A model generated the notes under the pieces. The model searched no databases and was not told the origin of the DNA. It saw only the letters and a list, made by a program, of their open reading frames with translations. From Anthoceros angustus (lineage: Eukaryota; Plantae; Anthocerotophyta), in assembly GCA_010909165.1 (NCBI GenBank), contig VJWM01000364.1:1-37065 (forward strand): DNA of 37,065 bases, in the 5' to 3' direction. The position numbers and the translations under genes were made by a program. Each line of letters starts with the position of its first letter. Within the stretch, counting starts at the first letter, position 1. Positions 20,442 to 32,389 of this stretch are shown here, piece by piece.

Positions 20442-22931
20442 GGTGTGTGTGGGAGAAGGAGGTGTCTGGGTGCATAAGGAGTTGTGTGTGAAGGTTTGAA
20501 GCACACTGTGAAGAGCCAGGAGCAAATTTTGTGCCTAGACCTTGCAATGTGAGGTTGGGGCGGCATAAGAGGATTATCCTTTGTGAGGGTCGAGTTTGAG
20601 CTAAATTAAGTGTGGGTGAAGAGGAAGTAAGTGGAAAAGGGCTGAAGTTGCTCTCTTAATTGGATCTTTGTGTGTGAGTGAAAGCTCGCAATTATGTGTA
20701 AGCGGGGTGAGCGACTAGGTGGAAACGAGCAGTGGGCGTGCCCAAGCTTGTTTGTTGCGATTATCTTGAAGGTGCAAGATGGTGGCGCTCCTAAGAAGGG
20801 CAGTTGCTGAGCCAAGAACTTGAGGAACTGGAGAATAGGGAGGAGGCTGATGTGCTAACACATCCAAGCAGGGTATGGAAGGCAGTAGAGGATGACTCGG
20901 AGGAGGAAGAGGAAGGCATGGAGCAAGATCCGCTCACGGAGACCTTCTTGTAGTGGAGTGTGGAGGCGGTAGGGCCAAGAATGACCCTACGTCAGTAGGA
21001 GGTATAACTTGACCCATATGTAGGAGGTGTGAGGTGGCCCTACATCCGTAGGATCACGAGGCGATGCGGCGGGTATGATGGAGGTGGTGAGGGTTGGTGG
21101 TAGCTTGGAGTGTGAGCTCATTGCTGAAAATATTGGGGATAAGACAATGTGTGCGGAGGCCTGCGATAATTGTGGAGGGATGGAGTGCAAACCACGGGAA
21201 GAGCATGGGTCTCTTCTCCAGCAAGCTTTAGATTTCATGATGTTGAGTGTGTGGCTCGGAGGAACCATTTGTGGAATTCGGGAGCACCGTTGTGGAGTCA
21301 ATCTTTGAGGCAAGTGGAGGTTATGGTAGATTGGTTAGGATTTGGAGTGAGAACTCTTAGGATTTTTTTGCACGAACGTGTTAAAATAGGGAGATTGGAG
21401 AGTTTTCTAGGTGATTGTCATGATGAAAGCGAGTGGGGTAGTGGTTTAATCGGCTTTAGGCGGCTATTAGTTTATAGTGGTTGAGGAAGAGCGTGAGTGG
21501 AAAAGTAAGGGGAGGTGTGGCCAGGAGGCCTTGTATGAGCCCTATAAGGCGATTTTGAGAAGAAAAATATCGTCTTGCGCTCCCAAACTCATGAGTCCTT
21601 TGCTCCTTGTGAAGGAATTTAGTGCGGTGCAAGCTAGCGCATGTGCGGTAGAGAGGGAGTTTGCGGTGGTCGGTGCTTGGCGGAGGCTCGCTCCTTGCAG
21701 GCGCCTCTGCAGTTGCTCCCTGTGAATGGTTCTTTGTGAAATTGCTTTGCTTTGGGTGTGTGGCGATGCCCATGGAACTCTCGGCTTGAGGGTAGACTAC
21801 AGGAAAGACTCCACAGGAGGTTCTCATTATGCAGTGCAAACTCATAGCAACTTTGCCCAAGGAAGAACTTGCTAGCTTGTAGCGGACCCAGGTTGTGCCG
21901 TAAGGCGAGTAGGGCCGATGAGCTTGAAGTAAGGTTAGATTAGGAGGATGAGGAGTTGAGTTGAGGTGAGTGTTGAGGAGAATGTGGAGTGAATGTTGAG
22001 TAGAGGAGGTAGAGATTAGGAGTAAGAAGAAGGCCCAAGTCGAGCCTAAGGGAGGGGTCCCAAATACGCGCAAAGAGAAAGGAAGCTGGGCTAAGGTCTC
22101 AAAATCACGGGGTGGAGAAGTCGCTGCCGTGGGGGGTCCCTATGTGTGTGGCGATGGACCCTACCGTAGGGTGGGACCTATGTTTGTGGGATGTCGTTGT
22201 GGAGGTCGGGAGGCGGAGATCGGGAGCGGTCTGCGGAGGTGTCGTGGGCTGCTAGTGTGGAGTTTGTGGGCAGGTTGTAGTTGGGCGCCATGGCACTGGA
22301 AGTTGGAGGCCTTGAACTAGGCGAGGTAACCTGTCTTTCGCCGCCGGGACGACCCTACAGTGGTAGGATCGCCCTACGTGCGTTGGGATAGGGTGTCTCC
22401 TCCCCACGTAGGAATGAGGTCTGGCCACGGTTCTCCTACAACTCTCCTACAAGTGGTAGGAGGGTAGGCCCTACAATTGTTTGTTGTTGGTTGTAGGTCG
22501 GCGGCAGATTCAGCAGGCCGGCGAGCAGTGCTTGTCGAGTTGGTGGTTGAGGATGTGCCAATTGTGGGAAGGCAATGGGAAAGGAATAGTGGAAGATCAC
22601 GGGGTGGTGAAGTCGGCGTTACAGGGGGTCCCTATGTGCGTGGCCCTGACCTTTCTGTGGGGTGTGGACCTAATAGGGTGTCTTGTAGGTGCAGGCGGTG
22701 ATAAGCAGGCGGCATGGTGAGGCGTGGGCACTGTCATGGAGTGAGTTGAGGTTGCTCCGGTTGTGTGAGGGAGCTTGGGGTGTGGAGAGGTGTATGGTTT
22801 GTGCCTTGGATCTTGGTGACCTGACAAACAAGGAGTCTCATGGGACGAAACCTATTGTACTTAGCGATAGTGGGATAAGTGTGGCCTTTAGGGTGAATCT
22901 GAGGCAGGATCCTACTTGCTCCCACACAAGG

Positions 22932-25900
22932 CGTTGCCTCAAGAACCAAGCTCCACTAAGCTAGGTCTCTTATCTATCACCATGATCCTCTTCTTGAAAC
23001 AAACTTGGTGTCTTACTGAAATTTGCCATCAAATGGGACACACTTCTGGAGGGAATGTATTTGCGGCACCACATGCACTTCTAGAAAACCATGTAGGAAG
23101 CCGTCATGCCCTGGGACTTATTGCATCGTGGATGGAAAGCTTACTGTGCAAGTGGCCAACGGAAGCTCGGCCACCTCAATCCATGAGGGCAACTTACCAA
23201 CGATTTGAAACACCAAGAGACCTGACGAGGTATGGATCGCGTAAGTGCTTGCCAGCCGAGTCCATGGTAGGCCTCTTGATCCATCACAAGGTCCATTTAT
23301 GGCAATTCCATGTAAGGATGTTGTTATAATTGGCCCCATGCATTTCACTAGGACGTGACATTTCGAATGATTTGCCAGCCTGTCCATGAAGGCAAGTGGG
23401 TTATGTGCCCTTCTCGTGGGCGTTCATTACAGAATTGGGGCATAAGATCATGCACCCGTGATCCCAGCCCGGTGTTGCGCGATTCTTGGTAGCACTTACA
23501 CCATGGGCGACTGTGGGTCCTTTGTTCACTGAGCTCGCGGGAGGAGACACGAACCAACCTCAAGCTTCCCAAGTATTGGTCAACCACGTACGACCATGTC
23601 AAGGTAGAAGTGCGGAACACGATTTCTCGGTCTTGACGGCATCTGCAGGACATCGGTGTATCCCCAATTCTTTGAAGAAGGGTCGGAGGAGAGATGACAT
23701 ATTCTCTAAGGATGAAGAAGGATTGATGGTGGCCAAGGTGACCACTGTGCCCACGCCGATTTCCTGGAGAAGGATCGGGTTCTGGCTCCAAGTCCTCCCC
23801 TTTGCGTGTACGAGGAAGAAACTAACCGAGGAGGGTGAGGGATGATCTTGACCACCTTGGCTCCTTCGTGACGCGGGCACCTGTAGCGATACGAGGAGGG
23901 GAGGAATGCTCCCACCCTACCTGGGGATTTTGTGAGGCGCACTCCCTTCTCTGCCATGAGGTCCGCACTCGACGGGTAAGGGCAGCCCCACCATCTACTT
24001 GGCGGTAGTACACCGAAAAGCCGAATGAGGGGAGGAATGGTCTCACGTTTAAGCATACCTCAATGGGGTCCTCGATAGCTAGGTGCAAGCTTGCCGGAGG
24101 AAGAGTTGAAGCGGCTCACCCCAACAGTGTGACTTATCGAGGGGAGAAGGGAGGCGAGCTGCAGGACATTGTGGAGCCGCCGTGCCTTGAGTCCCACCCG
24201 AACGGTGATGGACCGCTGATTCGGCCAGGAAGTTTACCTACATGAGGCTCTAAAACCAGCGTAACGTGGCCGTAAACGGCATGGCAGGGAGTAAACCGTA
24301 CCGCATTAAAAATCTTCGGGCCAATACACATTGCTTGACCGCCAATTCGTACAACCCAAGGCCTGCCTATCAGCTTAAACCGATTGTACGCCTAAGTCCA
24401 ACGGTCCCTCATGACAGATTGTAAGATGGCGATCGAGAGGCATCCAATCACAGGCTATGGGGACGCAGACGCGGCCGGCGGAGGTGAACGTGGGTTTAAC
24501 TTGTTGTTGATTTGGGGGCACCCAGAGATTGAGGTTGAGATTATGATGTTTGGTGCCCAATGCCGATGAGCTATCTCCGGACGGAATAACTTGATCATCA
24601 AGTTGACTCGAGGCCAGAAATTTCATCAACTTGGGTTCACATTAGGCACCAAGCAACCTCAATCTCAGTATTTTATGACACTGGCGTGACCAAACAACAG
24701 GAGGAAGCCACATTGCCAGGTGCAGGCGGAATGTACCAACCTGTGATTGAGGTCCTACAGGATTCCACCCTCACCTACAATTGCTATGGGGAGGCCCGTG
24801 TCGGATTTGGGCTATAAGGTTTCGACAGCGCGGATCCTTGGCCTTTATGGTACCTCTTCGTGTCTTTGATTTTCGTACATGCCAAGTAGGCGCCACCTCT
24901 GTCAAGTAGGGAGCAGGACCTGCTCCCCGTTTGCAGGTCGCCACGATTGTGTCATGGAGACGCAAGGCACCCACTCTTGAGTCCGCTCCGGTGATTTGAG
25001 TCCATGCCTCGGGAATCTCCATGATCAGCGTACACCCCTAAGCATTTTCGGTAAGCCCTACAAGGATCAGCCTCTTGGGGACCCTCAATTGAGGGTGAAA
25101 CCTCAGAGTGATTTGCATGCTGTCCCAGCATGTAGAAGATGTCTTGAAGAGTCGATATGGATGAGGCATATAGGAAGGAGAAGCCTCCCCTCTTGGAGGG
25201 GTGAGCCCTATGATCGAGTGGTCTTTCCCGAGGAGGGATCTCGCCTGAGTGCGGTAGTCAACGGGAGGGGACATATGTAGACCCTGGCGACCGTGAGGCG
25301 ATTCTCATGGAGTTAGAACCTAGCAAGATATTCCTCCTCCTCAAGGTTCGGCCCCAAGCTCATCTGGAGGCCGGATGTAGAGAAAGAGGAGTTTTGTAAG
25401 TTTTGCTTAGGGGAGTATGTCGGCTCGTTCACGTTGGCCTTCCGGATTATCTTTCTCTGGCGGTGACTTTCCAGATCTGGTGTGAGCAACAATCCCCGTG
25501 GTTGTTGTATGCCTAAGGGGTCCATACCCTTCCAAAGAGAATGATGGGCTCGTAGAAAGTAATTAAAATCGCTTCTACAAAGACCGTTCTGACTCAAACA
25601 TAGTGATTTATCGTTTCGCCAATTATTGACTGACGTGATGTCCACCAACGAGCTCGTGAACCACCTCACCCACAGGCGTCTTGAGGGGACCTACCCTTAC
25701 ACCGCATCATTACTCTGAACACCTTGGGTCCCATTCCCTGCGTGCCCCAGTCCTGGGCCTCTTACCACTCGCTACACATATCTAAAATCACTCACGCCTG
25801 GGGTCTCCACATCTCATGAGGTTCAACGTCCTTTGAAAATGACCAGGTGCTGAGTTATAACGTGGTCCACCTCCGTGGGTGCCATTCACCGGGCCTTTCC

Positions 25901-26295
25901 GTAATGACACGCCTCCCGGAGTTCCTCCGCTCACCCTGCTCCGTCCGGTCAAGGCGCGTCGGTTCACGCCTGACGAGCACAGCGATTATTTAGGGTTCTC
26001 GCTGTCATTGGGTCGTCCCTCGCACACACGACTATATGTTAGGTCCGCTGGCCAGACTCGGCGACTGGATCGATGTCTCCGGTAGGTCAGCATCGTGGCT
26101 TCGCTGACTCTGACTCCACGCGCAGCTTTAAGACGCAGGACAAGGGTCTCGTAAGGAAAGTGCGCAGGCCCTCAACAGTGGTGAGAAAGATCCTTTACTA
26201 GAGCAAACAGCCTCTTATACTACGCCCCAAGGTTGGCATCTTTTTAATACACTCCTATTAGCATCGAGGCTGGTATGGCCAAGGCTCTTTGTATA
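22932..26295. other. Unclassified sequence (continuation of the pre-insertion target), with decayed coding-like fragments on the minus strand
   Basis: Single-copy in the window with short broken frames and no motif confidently recognised. Confidence 0.35.
24525..24666. repeat. Imperfect ~140-nt fold-back (hairpin)
   Basis: gagattgaggttg pairs with caacctcaatctc, ttggtgcccaatg with cattaggcaccaa, and gatga with tcatc, around a central aacttgat-c-atcaagtt. Confidence 0.75.
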
Positions 26296-26440
26296 TGTTT
26301 ATTCTTCAAGTAGGAGCAAAACAGGACTTTGTAAAAATGATCTCAACAAAAAGTGTGTTGTTTACATATGGCCTCACTATATATGTAACTCAAAACGGTT
26401 CATGACCAACCCTAACTAGCCGCACCCTTTATATTTAACA
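26296..26440 (-). repeat. Copia 3' LTR (145 bp)
   Basis: tgtttatt...catatggcctcactatatatg...atatttaaca, repeated at 32136-32276. Confidence 0.9.
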
Positions 26441-26450
26441 CTCCTCTAAA
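26441..26450 (-). promoter_or_regulatory. Copia PPT
   Basis: Minus strand TTTAGAGGAG directly precedes TGTTAAATAT. Confidence 0.6.
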
Positions 26451-27199
26451 GGTAAGCTAGGTTAGGGTTAAACGCTACACCACAGCTCACGAAAACGTTA
26501 CGCCCGGGACTTCCACGATTACCAAAGACGCTGCCGCAAGCCTAAGCGTAAACTCCCGCCGCCATAAGAATCCTTCCGCACCATCCTCTTTACCATTTTA
26601 CGTACTTCTTCGTTATGCGTCTTCATCCTCGAAACCTTGCTCACGCAGAGATCAGAGCATGAGGACTAAGGGGAACGAAAGTACTGAAAGTGTATCGAGA
26701 GAAGGAAAAGGGAAGGGATAATCCATGAGAAGGATTCATTGCCGGCTCAGCAATCCACTGTGGACACCATGTCCCTGCTGGAATGGTAGCCCGGTGTCAA
26801 GCGCCGCCTACGCCTAAACATGGTCCTTTGCCGGGGTCGGGAGGCGAGAATGGGAGCAAGAGCATCAACGGGATGCGCTTACTCCATACATGCGGCCCCA
26901 ATCTTGGGCGCCAAGCTAAGGCTATGGAAAGAATAATGTAGCCGAGCTTATCTTTGGCAATGAGGGCACCACCGCCGGGTGATACAAAGCGAGGATGTGA
27001 AGCTGCTATATGAGAATGCTCCGTTGCGGAGATTAGGTCTTAAGGTAAGCTTCATCCTCCACTGCAAGGCCTCATCTCCCCTCTTTCGCTTCACTAACTG
27101 TGAAATGTGTGTGCTGTCGGCCTCTTGTGCCTCGAAGGCGAACACAACACAATTCCCAAGGGAACCTCAGTTCCCACCCCACCACAGATAAGTTATCCG

Positions 27200-30100
27200 A
27201 AATACTTGGTATAGTCGTGCCCTAGCCACGAAAGATGTTGGTAGTGTTTATGCTTTGCCAATCCTTTCGTTAGTACGTCTGCGGTTAGAATTCATAAGCA
27301 CATAACCACCTTCACGACTCCACTCCACTACATCTCTAATGTAGTGATGTTGAATTTCTATATGCTTAGTGCGGGCGTGAAAGCGTGGATTAGCGACAAG
27401 GGCTAAAGGTGACATGTTATCACACATGATAGGTAGGTGTCTGCTTTGGTTGGGGTCATGAAGGAAGGTCCTTTCCCATTCACCTCCTTTGAAGCATCAT
27501 CAATGATTTGTACTACATACGCGGAAGATGTGGCTATGGAAGATTGCTTTTACGACCAATTCCACAGCGGAAGATAGGCAGCGGTCTTCGTCAGGACCTC
27601 CGATAGAAGAGTCCATAATTATGGGTTCCTTTGAGATAGCGGAAAATCCGGCAGCCGCTCAATGTGTTCTTCCTGGATTCTCCAATTGTGATCGTTACAT
27701 TACGATCGGATATCTGGCCTTGTCCAGATTCGCTAAGAAGATTAGATAGCCCGCATATACATGAGGGGGACATCCTTCATGTCCTTAATTTCTTCACGGG
27801 ATTGTGGGCCTTTGGAGATCGGTAAGTTTACGCCCATAGCGAAGGGAGTCGAGGTCTAGCTGTCAAGTTTGAACTTGCAAAAATGTCACTATATTTGCCG
27901 TGAACTATCGAGCCCTTCCTCTCGCACTTTAAGATTTGAACTCCCAAAGATTTAAGTTCTCCGATGTCTTTCATCTCGAACTTGGTACTTAGCTTATGTT
28001 TAACATCGCCCAATGTGAGTGTTCTTGTTTGTGGCAAGAATGACATCGCCAACATATAAGGCTAATATGAAGCCGCCTTAGTGATCAGAAACATTAGAGT
28101 CTGCTGCTGACAAAGGATATCGAGCGGAAAATATGCATAGTGATATATACCATATTCGCCACTTTGTTTTAGTCCATATATACACTTGAGCAGTTTAAGC
28201 ACTTTGGTGGGATGTTCGGGATCTTCATATCCTTCTGTACATGCCATATCTGTCTTCATCCAGTCTCCATAGAGGAAGGCGTGCACACATCCATTCTTTG
28301 TAAGTCAAGGTTCAACCTGCAGCCAGTGATGCGAATGGATTGTGCTCGAACAACGTGAGAATGTTTCTTGTAATCTAGGCCCTCAACTGGGTAAATCCTC
28401 TTGCCACCACGCTTTGTATCCGCAATCTCCCTTTGGCATTGAGTTTAAGTTTAAAACCCACTTACAAGAGATGGCTTTTGCAGGTGGGAGGTCGATTTGC
28501 GAGTCTTGTTCTTGAGCAAAGATTGGTATTCATCCTCCGCACGCCACTTGGAGCAATCTGGGCCATGGAGGGCTTCCTTGTATGATAGGGGTTCCTCGGC
28601 GGGAGGATATTCTAGCACCAAAAGCTGCGAAGGCGTTCGAAAATCGACATGGATTGATAATAGGGTTCTAACCATTGGTGCAGGTGGCCTATGGCGTGTG
28701 GAGCGTCGTGGGGTTGGTTCAAGGCGGTCGGGTTAATGTCTTTGAGCAGGTCCGTGTGACATCCTCCTCATCACCGAATTTGAACTATCATTTTGGTGAG
28801 ATCATCATCATTGGTTCACCCGGCTCACTAGGGTGAGGGGACAAGGAGAGCCTCAGTCATCTACTGATGGAAGGTTGGAGGGTTCTTCTCGTCATCTGTA
28901 GGGAAGGTGATGATCAAGCTTTCATTTATCTCCCTCTAAAGGGTTGGGGTGTGGTTGGTAGTTGTATGCAAGGTTCTGAGGTGACGCTGGGCAAGGACTA
29001 ATGATTGAGTGTCAAGGTCATAGAGTTTGCGCTTTCACATGTTCACTACCCCACAAAAGGACGCGTTGAGCTCGGTCCTCTAACTTGCGTTTTCTGCGGG
29101 GAATATAGGCGAAGGCCTTGGATCCAAATACTGGGAGGTGGAGCAAACTAGGCTTTCGATGCCGAAACCTCATAAGGAGTCATCCGGTCCAAAAGTAAGT
29201 ATCCTGTTAATATACGTGGCTATAACAATAGCCTCATACTCTTGAGGTAAGTTGGCATGAAGTAGCATACTCGGTCATTCCAAGTAGCGTCGATTTTTCG
29301 TTGCAACTCCGTTACATTCTTTGAGTGTATGGAACAATAAGTTGTCTTTGAATGCCCCTGCTCTTGAAGAGGTAATCATCAAAGGCATTGTTGACAAATT
29401 CGTCCATTATCACTGCGTAGGACTTTAAGTAGGCATCCGATTGTCTTTGTGTGCAAGTGGGAGCCACGCCTTAAAGTGCATGAGTGTCGCTTTTAGTGCA
29501 TGGGAAAGGTCCAGAGTACGACTAAAGTCGGAGGGGTTAGATAGTACAGGCTCCACCTAGAGATGGCTCGTGGATCTTTCCGAGATATCGCATGCACAAG
29601 TGCAAGGACGATCTTTTGCTCTATGCGCTTTGGGAATGGTAGCTCTTCCTGCTTGGCAAGGATGCCGACTCCTGAGATGGGGAAGATCCCTAAAACAAGG
29701 GTAGGGGTTCTCTGTGGCAACCTATGCGTGACATGTCAATAAGTTTATGCTAGCGTGTCCTAGCTGCGTGCCACAGAGATGCTGGGTTGACTTCATGACG
29801 GGAAAGACTTACGGGATGAGGAGAACACCTCAATTCTAACCAGATAAGTCATGGTCGAGGATACTCTAAATGCACATGCGCCAAGAATTCTTCCCGTAAA
29901 AGCGAGGCATCATCGACCGTATCTCATACGTTCGTCGCATGATCTTGCTCATTGACGAAGATTCTTGGCCATTTCGTACAATAGAACTCCGTCTTCAAAG
30001 TTGTGTTGTTCGAGAATGAAGGTACATTGCCCATGTCCTTCAACTTTAAGGCTAGTGTCACTCCTTTCATCACCAAGCGAGGACTTTATCCATCATTCGC

Positions 30101-31312
30101 ACATTGTTAAACTAGAAAATAAATTCTTGTTGTTGCGAGATATGGCGTGGCTCCCGAGTCTAGAACCAATCATCAACTGCGTGATGAAGTTGTCATACGA
30201 CGGTGAGGATCTTCACTAGCCTGTAGAGTTTTCTCCTTTCTCCTTGACAACAACATTCGGCTGGTCTTGTGGATTGTGGTGCTTGTGGCTCACCACCTTC
30301 TTCTTACGGCACTCACGTGCCCAATGTCCAGCTGCACCACACCACGATTCTGATTTCTGTCCGCTTGGGCACCTAAAGGGAAAATGGGGCAACCATCGAC
30401 CCGACCACGTGTCCTACCCTTGATTTCTTAAACCGAGCGGTGACACCTTATCGGCTTTGTTTCTAGATCCACCAGCAAATGGGCGTCCTTGCTCTTCCCG
30501 AAAAGGGCACCAATAACTTCTTCAAGCTTAATGGTCAGGTTACCGCAGAGGATGCTTGGTGAGCAATTGGATGGGTCCATTTGTGTGGAAATAAAGTTTT
30601 GGTAGGAGGAGGGAGGTGCTCAATAGTTGAGCAATGCCTTCACCTTCGTCCATCTTGCAGCCAAGGGCAACTATTTGAGCTCTCGGTGGCGGAACTTGGA
30701 CATGAGATGCCACTATGTCTCCCTCCCTCATGCAGCCCATAGAATTCCTGCTGGCTGCACATAGGTAAGAATATTATACCCCATATGTGGCTGCAAGTTG
30801 ATTCTCTAAAAGTGAGATACGACGCATCAGTGCAGAGGTCGCATCGAGCCTCCAATAAGTAGAGCAAGTGCAATTGAGTTCAGTTGGTCCCACTTTTGGA
30901 TGTCATTAACTGACGGGGGAGGCGAGGAGTCGGGGTCAGGTTTCTTAAGTGTAGCATCGACTACGCTCCAGACACCTCGCGCAACCAAAGTGGACTTCAT
31001 GCGAACTTTCCAGACTTGGTATCTTGTTCCATTGAATCGATCCTTTTCTTTGAGTTCAGAGGTAAAGGATGGTCCTGCAAGATTGGGAGGCGTCGAGCGA
31101 GGAAGCCATGATGAGGTGGTATTCGATTGTAAGTTGAGCGACCAAGTTGTTGTGTCAGTTGATCTATAGGCGCTAGGTACATGCGTAATGTGACCCTCCT
31201 GAGTTATGACTCGTGGAGAGAAAACACTAATTACAATGTTACCGCTGATTGACTTTCCTGCGGGACTTCTGATTCGCAGGAGGGAAGGTATTGGGTTTAT
31301 GCCGGGATACAT
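27200..31312 (-). pseudogene. Copia gag-pol polyprotein (frameshifted)
   Basis: Gag N-terminal FNGTRYQVWKVRMKSTL; zinc knuckle remnant WCGAAGHWAREC (~30305-30345); protease LDSGA (~30150-30165); integrase GIQRQLIVPYT..NGVA..KNR (~29290-29360); RT HAFLYGD and LLKCIYGLKQS; RNase H CDNMSPLALVANPRFHARTKHIEIQHHYIRD (~27330-27425). Confidence 0.92.
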
Positions 31313-32124
31313 GATATGCTATCCATACATGCTACACGCGGCTAATCCTCTAATGTGAAGAGGCGCGATGTTAGGTTCGGATCCAGCAGAGGTCTGAGAT
31401 GCGAAGGGTCGGCTACAGCTTATTGAGCGCCGAAGGGACATGGAGGATGCGTGAGGCCGCTTCATCAAGATTGGTGACGTTTCAGCTCTCACTGTCCAGG
31501 CGCTCAGCGCTCCTGCTGCTCTGCAGTGGAAATGGTCAGAAGATGCAATCACCAGCGGAGGGAGAGATATGTTGATTTCTCTCCTCCTGTTGGCGCCCAA
31601 GCTCAATCTTTTTCATGAGATCAACCACTTCATTGATCTGGTATTTGATTGAGCTTGATGTCGCTGTGATTGCTCGTCCTGACAGGTTATCAAGGTGATC
31701 GACTGTGGTCTTAATTTCTTCCCGATTTGACAGCAGATAAGGATCTCGACCTAGTGACTTGCAAGTAATCCCCGTCTTGATCACTTGTCATTTGAGTGCG
31801 GGACAATCACATGGTGGTTCTCGGGCCGGAGGAGCCGTGAGGATTTGTTGATCGGCTATGAAACAACGTCGTTTGACCCCTCTGGCGCATCTTTCTGCAT
31901 GCATTGTCAACCATGTGATTCCTATTGAGATTGGACGTGATCTCCGGTCACAGTGCACACGGTCAAGTCCTTCAGCCGGATGTAGGGGTCATCCTGTTCA
32001 TACATGGTCTAGAATAGCTTCTAGGGGTGCCATGTGCTTGTGGAGATTCCTCCCACGGCGCGCCTCTTCTATACACCCACGCGGGCTTCCGCGACTCGGA
32101 TCATTCGGAAGATAGAATCCACGT

Positions 32125-32135
32125 GCTCGATACCA
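32125..32135 (-). promoter_or_regulatory. Copia PBS (initiator tRNA-Met)
   Basis: TGGTATCGAGC immediately follows the 5' LTR; canonical TGGTATCAGAGC minus one A. Confidence 0.85.
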
Positions 32136-32276
32136 TGTTTATTTTGCGGGCGAAAGACTTTGTAAAATGATTAAACAAAAAGTGTGTTGAAAAATACATA
32201 TGGCCTCACTATATATGCAACTCAAAAGCGGTTCACATGACCAACCCTAACTAGCTTAATCTTTTTATATTTAACA
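32136..32276 (-). repeat. Copia 5' LTR (141 bp)
   Basis: Direct repeat of 26296-26440, adjacent to the PBS. Confidence 0.9.
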
Positions 32277-32389
32277 TGCTAGCCGCCTACTATCTCCCCT
32301 TATTCTCGCTATCGATCTTGGTCACGTAAGGTACTGAGTTGTTGCTCACGGGTTCCACTCATACTGGCTGATGGCCAAGCCCTACTCGA

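Larger units (their letters stand above)
14097..22926 (+). mobile_element. Solo LTR-A (~3.9 kb, in two pieces 14097-15490 and ~20442-22926) with 5-bp TSD CAAGG
   Basis: Starts TGTGG at 14097 and ends CCCACA at 22926. CAAGG lies at 14092-14096 and 22927-22931. It is the reverse-complement homolog of 2736-6495, with no PBS or PPT adjacent. Confidence 0.9.
26296..32276 (-). mobile_element. Ty1/Copia LTR retrotransposon, full-length but frameshifted
   Basis: Two ~140-bp TG...CA LTRs, an initiator tRNA-Met PBS, a PPT, and the Copia domain order Gag-PR-IN-RT-RH. Confidence 0.95.

Noticed and set aside
26291-32281. TSD for the Copia element
   Set aside because: The flanks gtata and tgcta do not match, so no TSD is claimed.
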